Position numbers and translations under genes: made by a program. Below the pieces are notes generated by a model. The model worked only from the letters and a program-made list of their open reading frames with translations, did no database searches and was not told the origin of the DNA. From the NCBI GenBank assembly GCA_951406725.2, contig OX597814.1:113708001-113772000 (forward strand): a stretch of DNA of 64,000 bases, given 5' to 3'. The DNA is from Octopus vulgaris. Its lineage: Eukaryota. Positions 43,946 through 56,590 of this stretch are shown piece by piece; position 1 is the stretch's first letter; each line of letters opens with the position of its first letter.

Positions 43946-44125
43946 GTCCATGACGTGAGGTAGAGGGAATGTAATTGTAATGCTTTCAAGTGATTAGTTG
44001 AAAGGAAAGAGAAGAGAAAAAAGGAGAGAGAAAAAGAGGATAAGGCGACAAGTGAGACAGAAAGAGAGAGAAAGAAAAGATGGAGAGAGAAAAAGAGCGT
44101 CCATGACGTGTGGCAGGGGGAGCGT
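43695..44125. repeat. Purine-rich tandem repeat, ~155-180-bp unit, about 2.5 copies
   Basis: GTCCATGRCGTG recurs near 43764, 43946 and 44099 with shared GA-rich spacers. Confidence 0.7.
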
Positions 44126-45532
44126 AATATTTATTACATAGTTAAAACAGTTAGCTGGAGGTAGTGAGGATATAGAGGAGGAGAGTTAAAAACATAATTT
44201 TAGCAGAGGAGTGATGTTCTGACGCTGAGGTTAAAGAAAGGCAAAGAGAGGGGAGAGAGGGAGAGAGAATGGAGAAAGAGGGAGAGAGAGGATGGAGGGG
44301 GAGAGGGAGATGATTATGATGATGGTGGTAGTGGAGATGGTGGAGGTGGCGGTGTTGTGTGGATAGTGAAAAGTGTATTTTTTAAAACTGAACTAAGTTT
44401 TTTATATCACCGATCACTGTTAAGTGATCAAGCGTGTAAGTGAAATTCCGTGGTATATTCAGGCTTATTTACGTGGCAGATATATGTAATTTAACAACAG
44501 GTTGTATCATATGAATGGGATATGTTTTTTGTTTATGGGGGAAAATGGCAAAATATGTATGTATCTTATGAATGCTGTGTATTAAATCTATAAAATTGTG
44601 CATAAAGTATATAAAGTGCATTAAGTAATCATCGTATTCCAATTTCCTTCACTTTTCAAAGAATCGTAGATGAGCAATTATCTTTCAATACAGACACAAC
44701 ACAGGCTACGCTTTCAGGTTTTTAGATTAAGTTTTCAGAAATAACCCAATTGGTTTACCATTAATTCCGCGAAATATTCACGGGTCTCGCTATTTACTAA
44801 TTATTACATCAGAGGATCAGCTAAGTAGGAAACATATGTAGCACACACACACACACACATAAATGTGTGGTTATATAGACGTCGATTTAGAGAATTGTGT
44901 GGCTGTCATAGACTAATTATTTGTGTAACCATAATGTTCCGGTGATCTGATGAGCTAGCTTTCTTTATTTGCATTAATTCGTGAATATAAAATTATGTTG
45001 TATTATACTGAGCATACATATTCTTATAAAGATGTACGCATTATTTCTTCCCTGCTGAAATTAATACTATGTGAAAAGGTTGCGAAACAGCTGTAACCCA
45101 ATGGGAGTCATGTGGTTAAATAAATATATATTCACCTAGCTAACCTCCTGCCTTTTATGCTTTTACACACACACACACACACACACATCTTATTTAATCG
45201 TGTATAAGTTGCACAATTTTCTACTTATTTTGAACTGAAAAAAACTGGGGTGCGGCATACACGCGAGTGCCATTTATACATAATTAAAATCAATATATCT
45301 TTTATCTTTTACTTATTTCAGTCTTTCGTATGCGGCCATGCTGGGGCACAGTCTTGAAGAATTTTTAGTCCAACGAATCGACCCCAGGACTTATTCTTTG
45401 TAAGCCTAGTACTTATTCTATCGGCCTCTTTTACCGAACCGCTAAGTTACGAGGACGTAAACGCACCAGCATCGGTTGCCAAGCGATATTGGGGGGACAA
45501 ACGCAAACACATACATACATATAGACACACAC

Positions 45533-45579
<47 letters not shown>

Positions 45580-45585
<6 letters not shown>

Positions 45586-45960
45586 AAAAATATGGTAAAG
45601 TAAAAGAATTCACTTTACCACACACCGAACTTTTCAGAAATAGCAGCCAAAAATTTGGCTATTTCTTCAACTGCAAATAAAAGTCTCCAGACAATGCATG
45701 CTCAGAAAAATAACCCACATAGGTATAAGGGAAAAACAATGAAATACCACATCCATATACGATACCCGAGGACAGTCTGTTTCTGGATTTGTGGGTAAAA
45801 CGCCACTTTTCCTTCATCAGCTCAGAGATTTCTTCTGATTTAGATTTGAAAATACTAAGAATCAAACATACCCGTCCGATATCTGTAACATCGGACAAAC
45901 CATGCCAGACACCCAGTACTAGCGAATCCAAAAATACGAATGAGATCTATTATTCTCCCT
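45580..45960 (-). mobile_element. Non-coding HHR-bearing element related to 38710-39360
   Basis: HHR at 45765-45826, hairpin at 45636-45666 and TTCGGTGTGTGGT (minus) at 45617-45629, then (TA)n. The other end is cut by the CR1 tandem array. Confidence 0.7.
45765..45826 (-). ncRNA. Type I hammerhead ribozyme with canonical core
   Basis: Minus strand: TCTGAG-CTGATGA-A-GGA-aaa-GTGG(cgttttac)CCAC-aaa-TCC-A-GAAAC(AGACT)GTC-CTCGGG. Stem I is 6 bp including G-U pairs. Confidence 0.85.
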
Positions 45961-46811
45961 GTGGGCCATAGTGCCCAAATTCTGACTTGAAAGACTTCAC
46001 CAGGTGGTGCTATTAAGTTAGACATGGCCTGGGCCAATAATGGCCGAAACCTATCAAAGTAGGTTCAACACACGAACTCATATAAAGAATCTTGCAAACA
46101 CACGAACTCATATAAAGAATCTTGCAAACCAAATCCAAAAACGAAATACAATTTTGTTGCTTTCAAATTTGGCATATGGATTAAGTTTTGTATACTGATT
46201 ATGAAAATGAAATTAATTTTTCTATAAATCCATAGTTAAAAAGTTATTAGCCTTTAAAATTTGCATAATTTGGGTATTTTAGCCAATAAGAAGCGAGTAT
46301 TTTACACATCACCGTGGCGAAAAACTCTGTTTCCACAGTAACGAAAGATGCTGCACATGCACACAAGAAGGAGAAGGAGATACGACAAAGATAATCTTCT
46401 ACTATAATAATATTCTTGTGTATTTCTCCGTCACAACATATGAATGAGTAAGGAAGGGGTGATAGATGAATAAGGAACAAAGAGGTGATGGCAAACTGGG
46501 AGTGGGAGCGTTTCAACTCTGTGAATATGTGTGTGTTTGTAAAAGAGATGTGTGTGTGTGTGTGTGTGCAATGGCACGGGGCCAGCTAGTTTATTGTATA
46601 AAATATTTGAGTATATAGCAAACTTTCGTTCTTGAATTTTTTAAACTAAAGTCTGTTTTAAACAATGTTTTGTTTGTTATTTCTAGCAAGTCTTGTTGGT
46701 TTGTTTGTTCGTAGCTTTTAAACATTCAATTTGCTCGCGAATGTTTTCATATTAACTTCATTCGTGTATATGTTAACGTTTTTACTGTTATTTCTAGCAA
46801 ATATTATACAT

Positions 46812-47635
46812 CTTTGGAAAAGAGGATGCCCTGAAACTCCCATACTCCCTTCCTTCAGGTGAAACTCTCGCGGCGTCCAACAACATCAGAGACTTGGGAG
46901 TAATTGTGGACAACAACATAAGCTGGGCCACTCATATAAACACCAAAGTTGACATGGCCCGCAGAATGTGTTCCTGGATTCTCAGAACTTTCCAGTCGAG
47001 AGATATCCACACCATTATCCTTCTCTTCTCCACTTTTGCCCGACCCCACCTTGAATACTGTTGTCCACTGTGGTCTCCCCACACAATACAAGGTATCATA
47101 AAAGTTGAAGCACCTCAAAGGGCAATCACAAAAAAGATAGATGGCATGACAGGCCTCGACTATTGGGGTCGACTAGAAAAGCTAAAACTCTATTCTCTCC
47201 AACGTCGTCGTGAGCGCTACATCATCTGCATGATGTGGAAAATATTCCATCAGCATTGCCCAAATGATGTTGGCATCACCTTCAAGGTACATCCAAGGCT
47301 TGGGCCCCGTGCCATCCGCCCAAAACAAAAATCGCACTCTCATCTCATAACAACAATACGGCACAATTATTTCACCTCAATTGGTCCCGCTCTCTTTAAC
47401 ATTACACCAAAACACATTAAAACAGAAACTGACCCTATAGGGTTCAAGAAGTCTTTGGACAGATTCCTTCAAGAAATCCCGGATAAACCCCCTACACCCG
47501 GATATGTCTCTGTAAACAATAACTCTCTACTTGAGTGGGCCATAGTGCCCAAATTCTGACTTGAAAGACTTCACCAGGTGGTGCTATTAAGTTAGACATG
47601 GCCTGGGCCAATAATGGCCGAAACCTATCAAAGTA
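46812..47635 (+). mobile_element. CR1-clade LINE 3' fragment, copy 1 (ORF piece 46894-47559)
   Basis: RDLGVIVD; RPHLEYCCPLWSPH; QRAITKKIDGMTGLDYWGRLEKLKLYSLQRRRER. Ends in ATCAAAGT. Confidence 0.9.
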
Positions 47636-48385
47636 GGTTCAACACACGAACTCATATAAAGAATCTTGCAAACACACGAACTCATATAAAGAATCTTGCA
47701 AACCAAATCCAAAAACGAAATACAATTTTGTTGCTTTCAAATTTGGCATATGGATTAAGTTTTGTATACTGATTATGAAAATGAAATTAATTTTTCTATA
47801 AATCCATAGTTAAAAAGTTATTAGCCTTTAAAATTTGCATAATTTGGGTATTTTAGCCAATAAGAAGCGAGTATTTTACACATCACCGTGGCGAAAAACT
47901 CTGTTTCCACAGTAACGAAAGATGCTGCACATGCACACAAGAAGGAGAAGGAGATACGACAAAGATAATCTTCTACTATAATAATATTCTTGTGTATTTC
48001 TCCGTCACAACATATGAATGAGTAAGGAAGGGGTGATAGATGAATAAGGAACAAAGAGGTGATGGCAAACTGGGAGTGGGAGCGTTTCAACTCTGTGAAT
48101 ATGTGTGTGTTTGTAAAAGAGATGTGTGTGTGTGTGTGTGTGCAATGGCACGGGGCCAGCTAGTTTATTGTATAAAATATTTGAGTATATAGCAAACTTT
48201 CGTTCTTGAATTTTTTAAACTAAAGTCTGTTTTAAACAATGTTTTGTTTGTTATTTCTAGCAAGTCTTGTTGGTTTGTTTGTTCGTAGCTTTTAAACATT
48301 CAATTTGCTCGCGAATGTTTTCATATTAACTTCATTCGTGTATATGTTAACGTTTTTACTGTTATTTCTAGCAAATATTATACAT

Positions 48386-49207
48386 CTTTGGAAAAGAGGA
48401 TGCCCTGAAACTCCCATACTCCCTTCCTTCAGGTGAAACTCTCGCGGCGTCCAACAACATCAGAGACTTGGGAGTAATTGTGGACAACAACATAAGCTGG
48501 GCCACTCATATAAACACCAAAGTTGACATGGCCCGCAGAATGTGTTCCTGGATTCTCAGAACTTTCCAGTCGAGAGATATCCACACCATTATCCTTCTCT
48601 TCTCCACTTTTGCCCGACCCCACCTTGAATACTGTTGTCCACTGTGGTCTCCCCACACAATACAAGGTATCATAAAAGTTGAAGCACCTCAAAGGGCAAT
48701 CACAAAAAAGATAGATGGCATGACAGGCCTCGACTATTGGGGTCGACTAGAAAAGCTAAAACTCTATTCTCTCCAACGTCGTCGTGAGCGCTACATCATC
48801 TGCATGATGTGGAAAATATTCCATCAGCATTGCCCAAATGATGTTGGCATCACCTTCAAGGTACATCCAAGGCTTGGGCCCCGTGCCATCCGCCCAAAAC
48901 AAAAATCGCACTCTCATCTCATAACAACAATACGGCACAATTATTTCACCTCAATTGGTCCCGCTCTCTTTAACATTACACCAAAACACATTAAAACAGA
49001 AACTGACCCTATAGGGTTCAAGAAGTCTTTGGACAGATTCCTTCAAGAAATCCCGGATAAACCCCCTACACCCGGATATGTCTCTGTAAACAATAACTCT
49101 CTACTTGAGTGGGCCATAGTGCCCAAATTCTGACTTGAAAGACTTCACCAGGTGGTGCTATTAAGTTAGACATGGCCTGGGCCAATAATGGCCGAAACCT
49201 ATCAAAG

Positions 49208-49209
<2 letters not shown>
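48386..49209 (+). mobile_element. CR1-clade LINE 3' fragment, copy 2
   Basis: Same translation as copy 1 at an offset of 1574 bp; followed by (TA)n. Confidence 0.9.
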
Positions 49210-49284
<75 letters not shown>

Positions 49285-49288
<4 letters not shown>

Positions 49289-49546
49289 TTGGGAGAGTCA
49301 TTTTCTTTTTGTGCCGTATAATGTAACACAGTCATCGGTAAAATTTCCACTTATTTCATATTTTTATTTTTCTAAAATTTTCGTTGCGTCTTGCAAACTT
49401 TTTAATAATCTTGACTCAAGACTATTGAAAAGGTTGCAAGATGCAACAAAAATTTTAGGAAAATAAAAATAAGAAACAAGTGGAAATTTTACCTGTGACT
49501 GTGTTAAATTATAAGGCACAAAGAGAAAATGACTCCCCACAGACAC
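49285..49546. repeat. Fold-back (MITE-like) palindrome with ~125-bp arms
   Basis: GAGTCATTTTC...TCTTGCAA mirrored by TTGCAAGA...GAAAATGACTC around a short centre at ~49410-49422. Confidence 0.8.
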
Positions 49547-50089
49547 AAGAGAACAAAATGGTAAAAACTGGCGAAAACCACGAAGACCCTAGACACACAA
49601 ATACATACACACATATATACGACGGGCTTCTTTCAGTTTCCGTCTACCAAATCCAAGTGTCTTCTACTAGGATCAGCCCGAGTATATAGTAGAAGACACT
49701 TGTCCAAGGTGCCAAACAGTGGGACTAGACCCGGAACGATGTGCTGGAGAAGTAAGCTGCTTACCACACAGCCACACTTATAACTTCTAAAGGTTTTGTC
49801 GATTTGCTGAGCAATAAACTAATAGAAAAACCCTCGATATTAACATATAGAATCAGCTCGAAATTTTGATCTCACAAAGCTCCAGGAACTTCGTAAAAAG
49901 TTGAGTAAACGCCAAGAGGAATAAAGGCTGCCGGGGAAGCAATATATTACAAGAGAACAATCTTCCCAAAACATGTTTCTACTTTTTAATTAAATTATGT
50001 CGTGCTTGTATTTTATAGGTGGCGCTCACTGTGATCTTTGAAACATACACCGGAATATAATGGGTGGTCTCCGATTTACAACCACCATG

Positions 50090-50173
<84 letters not shown>

Positions 50174-50232
50174 GTTTGTTTGTATGGATATATATATATA
50201 CACATATATATATATATATACATATATATATA

Positions 50233-50277
<45 letters not shown>

Positions 50278-50310
50278 ATATATATATACATATATATATA
50301 TATAAGTATA

Positions 50311-50351
<41 letters not shown>

Positions 50352-50354
<3 letters not shown>

Positions 50355-51212
50355 TTTGATACTTTGATAGGTTTCGGCCATTATTGGCCCAGGCCATGTC
50401 TAACTTAATAGCACCACCTGGTGAAGTCTTTCAAGTCAGAATTTGGGCACTATGGCCCACTCAAGTAGAGAGTTATTGTTTACAGAGACATATCCGGGTG
50501 TAGGGGGTTTATCCGGGATTTCTTGAAGGAATCTGTCCAAAGACTTCTTGAACCCTATAGGGTCAGTTTCTGTTTTAATGTGTTTTGGTGTAATGTTAAA
50601 GAGAGCGGGGCCAATTGAGGTGAAATAATTGTGCCGTATTGTTGTTATGAGATGAGAGTGCGATTTTTGTTTTGGGCGGATGGCACGGGGCCCAAGCCTT
50701 GGATGTACCTTAAAGGTGATGCCAACATCATTTGGGCAATGCTGATGGAATATTTTCCACATCATGCAGATGATGTAGCGCTCACGACGACGTTGGAGAG
50801 AATAGAGTTTTAACTTTTCTAGTCGACCCCAATAGTCGAGGCCTGTCATGCCATCTATCTTTTTTGTGATTGCCCTTTGAGGTGCTTCGACTTTTTTGAT
50901 ACCTTGTATTGTGTGGGGAGACCACAGTGGACAACAGTATTCAAGGTGGGGTCGGGCAAAAGTGGAGAAGAGAAGGATAATGGTGTGGATATCTCTCGAC
51001 TGGAAAGTTCTGAGAATCCAGGAACACATTCTGCGGGCCATGTCAACTTTGGTGTTTATATGAGTGGCCCAGCTTACGTTGTTGTCCACAATTACTCCCA
51101 AGTCTCTGATGTTGTTGGACGCCGCGAGAGTTTCACCTGAAGGAAGGGAGTATGGGAGTTTCAGGGCATCCTCTTTTCCAAAGTGGATTAGCTCAAATTT
51201 ATCCTCGTTCAG
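50352..51212 (-). mobile_element. CR1-clade LINE 3' fragment, copy 3 (inverted)
   Basis: The 221-aa piece differs from copies 1 and 2 at two residues. Tail (ATCAAAGT)2. (TA)n on both sides. Confidence 0.9.
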
Positions 51213-51213
51213 G

Positions 51214-51245
<32 letters not shown>

Positions 51246-51743
51246 TTATGTATATATGTAAATATACATACATACATACATATATATATATATATAGATA
51301 GATAGATAGATATAAGCTAATACCACTCTTGTGTCCGTCCTCACGTTTCGTTTTTTCTTTTTTCTTCATTTATTCGAACTGTTTGTTTATTTGAATTAAC
51401 TGTGTGTGTGTGCGCGTGTGCGTACGTGCATGCATGAACGTATGTGCGTGTGTGAGTAGAGATATATTTACATTCACACAGACACACACACACACACACA
51501 CACGAACACACACACACAGATATACACAACACGCACGTATCAACAATTTTTCATATGCTTCAGTCATGCGGTTGCGGTCAAACTGGAGCACACACATACA
51601 TGCACACACACACACAAACATATACACACATGCATACATACAGACATATGAGCATATATTTATCATTAAGATTACCGTTTAATGCGTTAATGAAATTAAT
51701 TCGTTGCGCTTTTCTATGTTCTCCCAATGTTAGATGCCTGCCC

Positions 51744-51798
<55 letters not shown>

Positions 51799-52006
51799 CA
51801 TACATATATATATATGTATAAAAAATATATATAAAAATACAAAATGGGACAAGAACGCAAAACATACCTACATATATATATATACATATACATATATATA
51901 TATGTGTGTGTATATATATATGTATATGTATATACGTATATATATGCATCTATGTATATATACATATGCATATATGTCTATATATACACATATATATGTA
52001 TCTATG

Positions 52007-52038
<32 letters not shown>

Positions 52039-52204
52039 CATATACATATATATTTATCTATGTATATATACATGTATATACATATATATGTATATATGCA
52101 TATACATATATATATACATATGTATATATATATATATGCACTTATATATATAAATATATGTACATACATATATGTATATGTATATATATATATATATGCT
52201 TATA

Positions 52205-52857
52205 AGGTAGAGAACGTCACAAAACGTAAACACCATTGAAATACGAAAGCAACATGAAATACAAAGACAGACATGGGTATCCGGCCACGAGAGAAACAAA
52301 TGGAAAACAAGACAAGTAACATAAAGAACGACCCTTCATCAGTTGTTGGCTGCCCATCTACACTTCATTTCGAGCAATTCACGACTATGTGAGGCTTCAA
52401 ATGGCAGTTGCTCCCGCGAACCAAAAATAAAATTTGGGATTTGCGGAGGGTCAAAGTTGGTAACAAAAACAGGACAGTGAAGGCATACAACGAACCAAAC
52501 GAAAACAAACATGGATGGCCGTTAGGTTAGACGAGGCAAGGTAGTGAACGGTGGGGGAATATTGTCTTTAACAAGAGAAAAGATAGAAGAGGAGATAGAT
52601 AAGAATGCGTTTGGTCTGTAAGACAGACTAAAAGAAAAGAAGATGTTACCGACTTTGACCCTCTGCAAATCCCAAATTTTATTTTGGTTCACGGAGGCAA
52701 ATGCCTTTCGAAGTCTCACATTGTCGTTAATTTCTCGAAATGAATAGATAGACAGCCGACAACTGATGAAGGGTCGTTCTTTATGTTGCTTGTCTTGTTT
52801 TCCATTTGTCTTTGCATTTCATGTTGTTTACGTTTTGTGATGTCCTGTAACCATATA

Positions 52858-52858
<1 letters not shown>
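52205..52858. repeat. Diverged inverted-repeat pair bounded by (TA)n
   Basis: Arms at ~52215-52465 and ~52645-52840, e.g. AAAGAACGACCCTTCATCAGTTG / CAACTGATGAAGGGTCGTTCTTT. Confidence 0.8.
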
Positions 52859-52935
<77 letters not shown>

Positions 52936-52979
52936 TATGTATGAATGTATGTATGTATGTATGTATGTATGTATGTATT

Positions 52980-53077
<98 letters not shown>

Positions 53078-53134
53078 CATATATTATATGACTGAACGCC
53101 ACGCATCCATTTCCATGTAAGTTTATTTTTATAT

Positions 53135-53193
<59 letters not shown>

Positions 53194-54089
53194 CATAAAT
53201 ACATACATACACACATAAATACATACATACATGAATACATATATATGTGCATGTATGTATGTGAGTAGTGTTGTGAGTGGAGGTGTATATGTCTGCTCAT
53301 GTGATTTTTTTTTTTTTTTTGTAAACTGTAGCCGTATCACGAGGGATGTCAAAAATATCCAATTTCATTCTCCTAAACAACTTAATAAACAAAGAGAAAC
53401 TGAATTACGGAGGCCTTCCTAAATACTTAGTGCAGTCCTTAGGACGTGGCCTGAAATCTTGATATATGGGACGTCATTTAGTTGTTGGGTCACAATCAAC
53501 ATATCAAATTAATTAATATTGAAAATAAAACATAGATAAAGAAGAAGAAAACTCCACTAAATAGTTATATGTCTATACTCTTTTATCATTATGATTCGTA
53601 AAAAAAAAAAAACGGCAGTGATAAATGAATCAGTGATTCATTTATCACTGTTGTTTTTTTCTATCACGCACTTTGTATATGGAAACGAATGGAATATGCA
53701 GTGACACTGCGCTTGCGGCCCACAGCAGCGTTTCTTGACGATGTCTTCCTTTCCATGGAAAGAATTCACTCGGCTGTGTTGTTTGTTAGAATCAGAAATG
53801 TTCATTTATCCCATGTTGTTCGGAAGGATATGTAAATCATTATAAAAGATAAGCAGCCTCGCAGCGCTTCCATATAAGTACAAGCGATAGTCAATGCTTT
53901 CTCGGAAGCTGGGCACATTGTGGGTAGTCAATGGGGCGCGTTTTTGCGATACAAGCAGAATTTTCGACTGATCGCCTACCCGTGTTATCACAGATCAACG
54001 CGTAGTGAGCTTAAAATAGTTCACAGTTGACCGTACCATGTTATCCAGGATCAGTGATTAATAAATCAGTGATAAACGAGGCTACATGT

Positions 54090-56590
54090 ATTTTTTTTCT
54101 ACTCTAGGCACAAGGCCCGAAATTTTCGGGGAGCGGGGGTCAGTCGATTAGATCGACCCCAGTACGCAACTGGTACTTAATTTATCGAGCCCCGAAAGGA
54201 TGAAAGTCAAAGTCAACCTCGGCGGAATTTGAACTCAGAACATATTGACAGATGAAATATCTATTTCTTTACTACCCACAAGGGGCTAAACACAGAGGGG
54301 ACAAACAAACGGATTAAGTCGATTACATCGATCCCAGTGCATAACTGGTGCTTAATTTATCGACCCCGAAAGGATGAAAGGCAAAGTCGACCTCGGCGGA
54401 ATTTGAACTCAGAACGTAAAGGCAGACGAAATACGGCTACGCATGTCGCCCGGCGTGCTAACGTTTCTGCCAGCTTGCCACCTTACGAGGGTACATGTAT
54501 TGGAAAGAAATATTGACTTCAATTTTTTGGCCCATGGCCAGCAAATTCGGTGAGTGGGGACTAGTCAATCACATCGACCCAAGTACTCGACTTGTACTTA
54601 TTTTATTGACGCCGAAAGGGTGAAAGGCGAAATTTGTACTCACAAGCACGAAATGCCTCTAAGCATTTTCCCCGGCGCGGTAACAATTCTGCCTGCTCGC
54701 CGCCTTCTTAAAGACAATATTAATAATAATGGTTTCAAATTTTGGCACAAGGCCAGAAATTATGGGACCGGGTGTTTGTCGATTACATCGACTCGCAGTG
54801 TTGAGCTGGTATTATTTTATCCCGAAAGGATCAAAGGCAAAGTCGACCTCAGCGGAATTTGAATTTAGAACGTAAAGACGAACGAAATATCGTTAAGCAT
54901 TTTGCCCGGCACTCTAACGATACTGCCAGCTCCTCGCCACCTTAACTACCTACACTCTTTTACTTGTTTCAGTCATTTGACTGCGATCATGCTGGAGCAC
55001 CACCTCTAGTCGAGCAAATCGACCCCAGGACTTATTCTTTGTAAAGCCTAGTACTTATTCTATCGGTCTCTTTTGCCGAATCGCTAAGTTACGGGGACGT
55101 AAACACACCAGCATAGGTTGTCAAATGATGTTGGGGGATAAAGAAAGACACACAAACATATACACATACACACACACATATATATATATATTTACACATA
55201 TTTACGACTGGTTTCTTTCAGTTTCCGTCTACCAAATCCACTCACAAGGCTTTGGTCGGCCCGAGGCTATAGTAGAAGACATTTGCCCAAGATGCCACGC
55301 ATTGGTAATGAACCCGGGACCATGTGGTTGGTAAGCAAGCTACTCACCACACAGCCACTCAAATATTGGTTTTAAATTTTTGGCACAAGGCCAGCTATTA
55401 CATGGGAGGAGTAAGACGATAAAATCGACCCCTATGCTCAACTAAGAACTTTGCCCAGCGCTCTGACCATTCAGCGAGTTCGCCTCTTCATGGACATCAG
55501 AATCCCCTACATTATAAGCACAAAGTCTGAAATTTCCGGTGAGTGGGATGGTCGAATACATCGACGCCAGTGCTCAAATGGTACTTCTTTTTTTATTGAC
55601 CTCGAAAGAATGAAAGGCTAAGTAGACCTCGGCGGAATTTCACCTGAGAACGTAAAGACGGACGAAGCGCCGCAAAGCATTTCACCCGGCGTGCTCACGA
55701 TTCTGCCAGGTCAATGCCTTCATGAATAATATAATATTCTTTTCTACTCTAGGCTCAAGGCCCGAAATTTTGGAGGAGGTGTCCAGTCAATTAGATCGAC
55801 TCCAGTACGCAACAGGTACTTAATTTATCGATCCCGAAAGGATGAACAGTAAAGTCGAATTTGAACTCAGAACGTAAAGACAGACGATATACCGCTATGC
55901 ATTTCGCCCGGCGTGCTAACGTTTCTTATTTCTTTATTGCCCACAACGGGCTAAATATAGAGGGGACAAACAAGGACAGACAAACGGATTAAGTCGAATA
56001 TATCGACCCTAGTGTGTAACTGGTACTTATTTAATCGAACCCGAAAGGATGAAAGGCAAATCGACCTCGGCGGAATTTGAGCTCAGAACGAAAAGACAGA
56101 CGAAATACCTATTTCTTTACTACCCACAAGGGGCTAAACACAGAGAGGACAAACAAGGACAGACAAACGGATTAAGTCGAATATATCGACCCCAGTGCGT
56201 AACTGGTGCTTATTTAATCGACCCCAGTGCGTAACTGGTACATATTTAAACGATCCCGAAAGGATGAAAGGCAAAGTCGACCTCGGTGGAATTTGAACTC
56301 AGAACGTAAAGACAGACGATATCCTCCTAAGCATTTCGCCCGGTGTGCTAACGTTTCTTATTTCTTTATTGCCCACAAGGGGCTAAAGATAGAGGGGACA
56401 AACAGGGACAGACAAAGGGATTAAGGTGATTAGAGCGACCCAGTACGTAACTGGTACTTATTTAATCGATCCCGAAAGGATGAAAGGCAAAGTCGACCTC
56501 GGCGGAATTTGAACTCAGATCCTTAACGCCAGACGAAATGTCGCAAAGCATGTCGCCCGGCGTGCTAACGTTTCTGCCAGCTCGCCGCCT
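54090..56590 (-). mobile_element. Cluster of SINE family B concatemers (plus one family A copy)
   Basis: About nine copies of CGAAAGGATGAAAGGCAAAGTCGACCTCGGCGGAATTTGAACTCAGAAC, all in the same orientation. A further dimer lies at 58370-58785. Confidence 0.85.

Larger units (their letters stand above)
45961..49209 (+). repeat. Tandem array of a 1574-bp unit (2 units + 101 bp)
   Basis: GTGGGCCATAGTGCCC starts at 45961, 47535 and 49109. ORF-track entries repeat at +1574. Confidence 0.95.

Noticed and set aside
46247-46516. Duplicated 89-aa minus-strand ORF (also 47821-48090)
   Set aside because: No recognisable motifs; the repetition only reflects the 1574-bp tandem.
54090-56590. Regularly recurring ~50-bp motif resembling a CRISPR array
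   Set aside because: The intervening sequences are homologous SINE segments rather than unique spacers; the context is eukaryotic with no cas genes.
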